From the NCBI GenBank assembly GCA_964247135.1, contig CAXTTL010000070.1, positions 1 through 20,369 of the forward strand: a stretch of 20,369 nucleotides of DNA, given 5' to 3'. Under the pieces are notes generated by a model. It ran no database searches. It saw only the letters and a list, made by a program, of their open reading frames with translations, and was not told where the DNA came from. The position numbers were made by a program, and so were the translations under genes. The stretch comes from an uncultured Deinococcales bacterium. GTDB taxonomy: Bacteria; Deinococcota; Deinococci; Deinococcales; JAAFIG01. Shown here piece by piece: positions 16,913 through 20,369 of the stretch; position 1 is the first letter of the stretch; each line of letters starts with the position of its first letter.

Positions 16913-17298
16913 ACATTCGGTTATGGCACGGCTTGCCGTTTGTTCAAGTCAGGCTTGAGCACAATAGGATAAGCAAGGTTCTAGAAACAGTTTTGCTTGA
17001 CACGGGTTCTGCTGGAACACTTTTCAACACATTACGATTGCGTGATATGGGTATTGGTTTTGCACCAGGCGACCCAGTTCATAAAATTCGAGGCGTCGGT
17101 GGCTCAGAATTTGTATTCAGCAAAAAACTCGAACGCATCAGTGTTTTGTCGCTCGAGCTTCAAAATTTTGATGTCGAGGTCAGTCCCATGAAATACGGAA
17201 TAGACATGGACGGAATTTTAGGACTTGATTTTTTAATGCAAACCCGAGCGATTATTGATTTGGATGCGTTGAACTTGCGAAGCTCAACAAATTCTTAA
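16909..17298 (+). CDS. Retropepsin-like (clan AA) aspartic protease, 129 aa
   Basis: LLDTGS catalytic motif, IRGVGG flap and DGILGLDFL motif; no signal peptide. Confidence 0.88.
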   Translation: MNIRLWHGLPFVQVRLEHNRISKVLETVLLDTGSAGTLFNTLRLRDMGIGFAPGDPVHKIRGVGGSEFVFSKKLERISVLSLELQNFDVEVSPMKYGIDMDGILGLDFLMQTRAIIDLDALNLRSSTNS

Positions 17299-17390
17299 CG
17301 ATGTTGTCCCGCTAACCGCGCTCCAGCCAAAAATGCGGCACAATACCCTCAAGGAAGCAAACTCGAGACTCGAGTTTTACGGAGGACACC

Positions 17391-18056
17391 ATGAGCTTAC
17401 AAAACAGAATGTTTGAATTGCGCACACCCGAAGATGTGGACAGTTTCGTCACGCAGTACCCAACCGCCGCGATTTTTAAAGCCGGAACTTGCCACAAAAC
17501 CATGCAAGGTTGGGGCAACATCGAAAAGCTCTTGCGCGAGCGCGAAGACGTGCCAGTCGGTATCATTCGCGTGGTCGAAGCCCGACCAGCCAGCAATTAC
17601 GTCGAAGCCCGCACGGGCATCACCCACCAAAGCCCGCAACTGATTTTGTTCCGCGAGGGTGAAGCCAAATTTGACCTCGACAATTGGAACATCACGCCCG
17701 AAAACCTCGAGCCACGGTTTGAAGCTTACCTGCCAGCTTTAGAGGGCGAAAACGTGGCGAAAACGGGTGCGAAAACCAACCTCGAGCCTTACAAGAAATT
17801 GCTCGATGGGTACATTGCGGGGCAAGTTTCGGAACCACAATTTCAATGGACGTACTTGGAAATGTTCCGCGCCGACGCCAGTTTACGCAGCCAAGAAGAG
17901 TTCGATGTCTTGAACAGTTTGTTTGGCAACCCAGACGAGCATCACATTCACCCTGGGGCGATCATGAATCTCGAGGCGCAAATGCAAGACCAGCAAGCGA
18001 TAGCGCCGCTTCTCGAGCGTGCGCAGGAATTGCGGACGGTTTTGAACGCACTCTGA
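17391..18056 (+). CDS. abxC: Monothiol bacilliredoxin BrxC/YtxJ family, Deinococcus AbxC type with C-terminal helical extension, 221 aa
   Basis: FKAGTCHKT active site, R-x-x-SN and HQSPQLILF motifs; about 100-aa C-terminal extension; GGAGG RBS at 17381-17385. Confidence 0.85.
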   Translation: MSLQNRMFELRTPEDVDSFVTQYPTAAIFKAGTCHKTMQGWGNIEKLLREREDVPVGIIRVVEARPASNYVEARTGITHQSPQLILFREGEAKFDLDNWNITPENLEPRFEAYLPALEGENVAKTGAKTNLEPYKKLLDGYIAGQVSEPQFQWTYLEMFRADASLRSQEEFDVLNSLFGNPDEHHIHPGAIMNLEAQMQDQQAIAPLLERAQELRTVLNAL

Positions 18057-18078
18057 AATAAATCGTTGTGGTTCTGCT

Positions 18079-18154
18079 CTCATCCCCGACCCTTCTTGAT
18101 TCCAAGACGCACCTTCGGGCGGACTCCCTTCTCTCAACATCGAGAGAAGGGAGT
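18079..18154 (+). repeat. REP-like palindromic element, copy 2 (with internal insertion)
   Basis: CTCATCCCCGACCCTTCT + 29 nt + CCCTTCTCTC-AACATC-GAGAGAAGGG; 13-bp stem 18123-18135/18142-18154; lies between convergent genes. Confidence 0.8.
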
Positions 18155-18212
18155 TTGATTTATTTATACGTGTGGCTCGAGATTTTTGTTTGATTTCATT
18201 CGGCTTTCGAGT

Positions 18213-19922
18213 TTACAAATTTCGTTTCTCGAGCACTTCCAAAAGCTGTTCGTAACTGACGGCATATTTTCGGGCAACATCGGATGCGTAACTAATTCCC
18301 TTAGACGCAGAACGCACAATGCGATACGTGCGCTTGTGCTCTTTGCCGTCGTCTTCGGTGACCGACACCAAACTCGCCAAGTTGCTCGAGCCTGGATGTT
18401 GGTTGACGCTGTCCACATCGGCAAGTTCGTGCATGTGCGTGGCAAAAATGGCGCGGACGCCCAAATACCTAAAGGCTCGCAAAATATCCCTCGCCAGGTA
18501 CACGCCCTCACCTGGGCTGGTGCTCGAGAGGGATTCGTTTAACAGGATCAGGCTGTGCTGACTGGCTTTGTGAAACAGTGCGTTTAACCGTCCTGCCTCT
18601 TCACCGAGCCGACCGGTGACGGATTCGGATTTTTCTTCGACTGGAAAGTGCGTGTAAATGCTGTCAATTGGGCTGATGCTGGCACTTTTGGCGGGAACAT
18701 GCGCCCCCATTTGGCACAGCACATGCGCCAAACCGACGGCTTGAATGAAGGTGGTTTTGCCGCCAGAGTTTGGTCCGGTCAGAATAAAAATTTTTCCGGT
18801 GTCGTCAAAATCGACATTGTTGCCCACAATCTTGTTGCCCAAATCTCGCTCGCCGTTTTTTTCAAAACGCAGTGCCAGCAAAACATTGGTTAAACCCTCA
18901 AAATGATCCTCTCGAGCCTCAGGGTTTGTCAAATCGGGCTTGCACATCGCCACGCCCAAAGCTTGCAAGCGTTTGACCAGCGTCGCCGCGCCCAGGTAAA
19001 ACGCGAACTCTGCCTCGAGGTGCAAAAGTGGGTGCGAAAAAACTTGAATGTACTGCTTTAAGACTTGCGCCACAGGACGGGTGGTGTCCTCGAGCATTTT
19101 CTCGAGGTCGGCAAAGAAGGTTGCCAGCATTCGGTCTTTGCCCGAGGCGCTGATCGCCACCTTGCCCGAACCAAAGCCGGATTCCATCGTGCTGCCACTG
19201 ATCGCGCCCATGATCGCCGCGCCGATGCCGCGTTTGGCGTCTCGAGATTGCAGGCTGGTCATGCCAATAAATTCTGGTTTTTTCTGCATTAAAAACGAGG
19301 TGACCGAATGGGTCTTGCCGACGAACCTCTCGGAATTGATCGACAGCAATGTGGCTTCTGAGGGTCTTAATTGCGCGTCGAGGTTGATCCCAACCGTCAG
19401 GCTGGTCAGGTTGCTGACCGAGCGCCGCAACTCGGGCAATTTTTGTTTCATGTCTTCAAACGATTGTTCTTGCGTGATCTCGAGCACCAATCGTTGCAAT
19501 TCTTGCAATGCGCCAGATTCAATTTTTGCGCTTTCCAGCACGCTCGAGAGTCGGTTGAGCACATCCACGTACAACTCGAGTTCCGAAAGTCGGGTCATTA
19601 AGAGTTGCAACTGACTTAAATCGCCCTCCCTGGAATTGAGTTCTTTGAGTTCGTGCAACAAGGGCAGCACGTCTTTGATGCCTTCAAACAGCAAACTCGA
19701 GCGCATAAAATCGGCAAAGACTTCTTGACGGTACGCGATTGTGGACACGTTGCCGCTGAAATGCGAAATGATTCGTTCGACATGGGGCTTGAAACGTGGT
19801 TCGATGCAGAGTGCCGCCACCAGTTCCACCAGTGCCAGGTCATGAATGCTTTCGCTCCCCAGTTCGATGGAGACGGGCGTGTCCGTGTTTTGCCACAGAC
19901 AACTGAAATGCTCGAGGTTCAT
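18213..19922 (-). CDS. MutS-related protein (MutS domain V ATPase, lacking the mismatch-binding domain), 569 aa
   Basis: LTGPNSGGKTT, G-x-x-VPA, IYTHF, GRLGEE, LILLNES and FATH motifs; start set at ATG 19922 by leaderless -10. Confidence 0.88.
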   Translation of the reverse strand: MNLEHFSCLWQNTDTPVSIELGSESIHDLALVELVAALCIEPRFKPHVERIISHFSGNVSTIAYRQEVFADFMRSSLLFEGIKDVLPLLHELKELNSREGDLSQLQLLMTRLSELELYVDVLNRLSSVLESAKIESGALQELQRLVLEITQEQSFEDMKQKLPELRRSVSNLTSLTVGINLDAQLRPSEATLLSINSERFVGKTHSVTSFLMQKKPEFIGMTSLQSRDAKRGIGAAIMGAISGSTMESGFGSGKVAISASGKDRMLATFFADLEKMLEDTTRPVAQVLKQYIQVFSHPLLHLEAEFAFYLGAATLVKRLQALGVAMCKPDLTNPEAREDHFEGLTNVLLALRFEKNGERDLGNKIVGNNVDFDDTGKIFILTGPNSGGKTTFIQAVGLAHVLCQMGAHVPAKSASISPIDSIYTHFPVEEKSESVTGRLGEEAGRLNALFHKASQHSLILLNESLSSTSPGEGVYLARDILRAFRYLGVRAIFATHMHELADVDSVNQHPGSSNLASLVSVTEDDGKEHKRTYRIVRSASKGISYASDVARKYAVSYEQLLEVLEKRNL

Positions 19923-19929
19923 TGAAAGA

Positions 19930-19938
19930 AGTTTAGCA
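19930..19938 (-). promoter_or_regulatory. Extended -10 (TGC-TAAACT) of a leaderless promoter
   Basis: 7 nt upstream of ATG 19922; no SD. Confidence 0.6.
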
Positions 19939-20003
19939 CTCGAGATTGCCACCCGAGCCTCCCCCAAGTTTGGGCGTAACATGTACGTTCAAGGAGGCTG
20001 AGG

Positions 20004-20369
20004 TTGCTCGAGGTCACGCTGCTGGGCAAACCGAGCTTGCAAATGGATGGGTTGGCGTTGGTTCTGCCGACCCGCAAGTCGCTGGCTTTGCTGGCGTACC
20101 TGGCGCTCGAGGGGGCAACATCACGCTCAAAGCTGGCGGATTTATTTTGGGGCGAACTTGCCGAGGATGATGCCCGCAAGAACTTGCGTCAAGAATTGCA
20201 TCGGCTTTCCAAAACCCCGCTTGGGGTGCTGCTCGAGCAACGCCCCGAGACGATTGCGCTGGGTGGCTTTAGCTTGGATGTGCAGCGGTTTCGGACGTTT
20301 CTGACCGAAGGCGATTTCGAGGCGGCGCTCGCGTTGTACCAGGGTCCGTTGCTCGAGGGCTTGGAGTTG
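20004..20369 (+). CDS. SARP/AfsR-family transcriptional regulator, 5' part (runs off the window)
   Basis: AAGGAGG at 19991-19997, TTG 20004; MLEVTLLGKP...RKSLALLAYLALEG...SRSKLADLFW...ARKNLRQELHRL...LDVQRF...ALALYQGPLLEG; missing from the ORF track because it has no stop codon. Confidence 0.9.
   Translation, partial: MLEVTLLGKPSLQMDGLALVLPTRKSLALLAYLALEGATSRSKLADLFWGELAEDDARKNLRQELHRLSKTPLGVLLEQRPETIALGGFSLDVQRFRTFLTEGDFEAALALYQGPLLEGLEL

Larger units (their letters stand above)
58..20357. repeat. Highly iterated palindrome CTCGAG dispersed through the window
   Basis: About 108 copies by manual count (first 58-63, last 20352-20357) versus about 5 expected for a 6-mer in 20.4 kb; found in several reading frames and in intergenic DNA. 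Confidence 0.95.

Noticed and set aside
19946-20304. ORF-track ORFs 19946-20170 and 20047-20304
   Set aside because: Wrong frames; the real gene is the open-ended SARP frame from TTG 20004
58-20357. CTCGAG repeats as CRISPR, cloning scars or SARP (TCGAG-type) operators
   Set aside because: Irregular spacing, only 6 bp, embedded in intact reading frames, and far too numerous and unphased for operators

Overview
Bacterial chromosomal DNA, most likely Deinococcota. The evidence is an AbxC-type bacilliredoxin with a TCHKT motif, several leaderless TANNNT-N6/7-start promoters, and SARP-like regulators. Left arm: a CUT2 sugar/polyol ABC binding protein and permease divergent from dhaK-dhaL, an ArsR-DUF2087 mini-operon with a clear operator, a secreted TPR protein and an HtrA-family protease. 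Centre (about 9.6-16.3 kb): a lower-GC block with a small beta-barrel-like protein, a lipoprotein with a duplicated domain, a TPR + C-terminal winged-helix regulator, a convergent 53-aa secreted pre-peptide (predicted mature peptide DPTLPCVKCRR), and a very AT-rich, frameshifted SARP/AAA regulator. The pre-peptide promoter carries 11-bp-phased repeats in SARP-box geometry. This block is the best candidate for an undescribed system: peptide signalling with a receptor architecture inverted relative to RRNPP. Right arm: a small protein + retropepsin pair, abxC, a MutS-domain-V ATPase and the 5' end of another SARP regulator. The palindrome CTCGAG is strongly over-represented (about 108 copies by manual count versus about 5 expected), like a HIP element, and is absent from the most AT-rich stretches. 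Three kinds of small intergenic repeat are present. No tRNA, rRNA, CRISPR array or transposase was seen. All calls come from reading motifs by eye; no searches were run.
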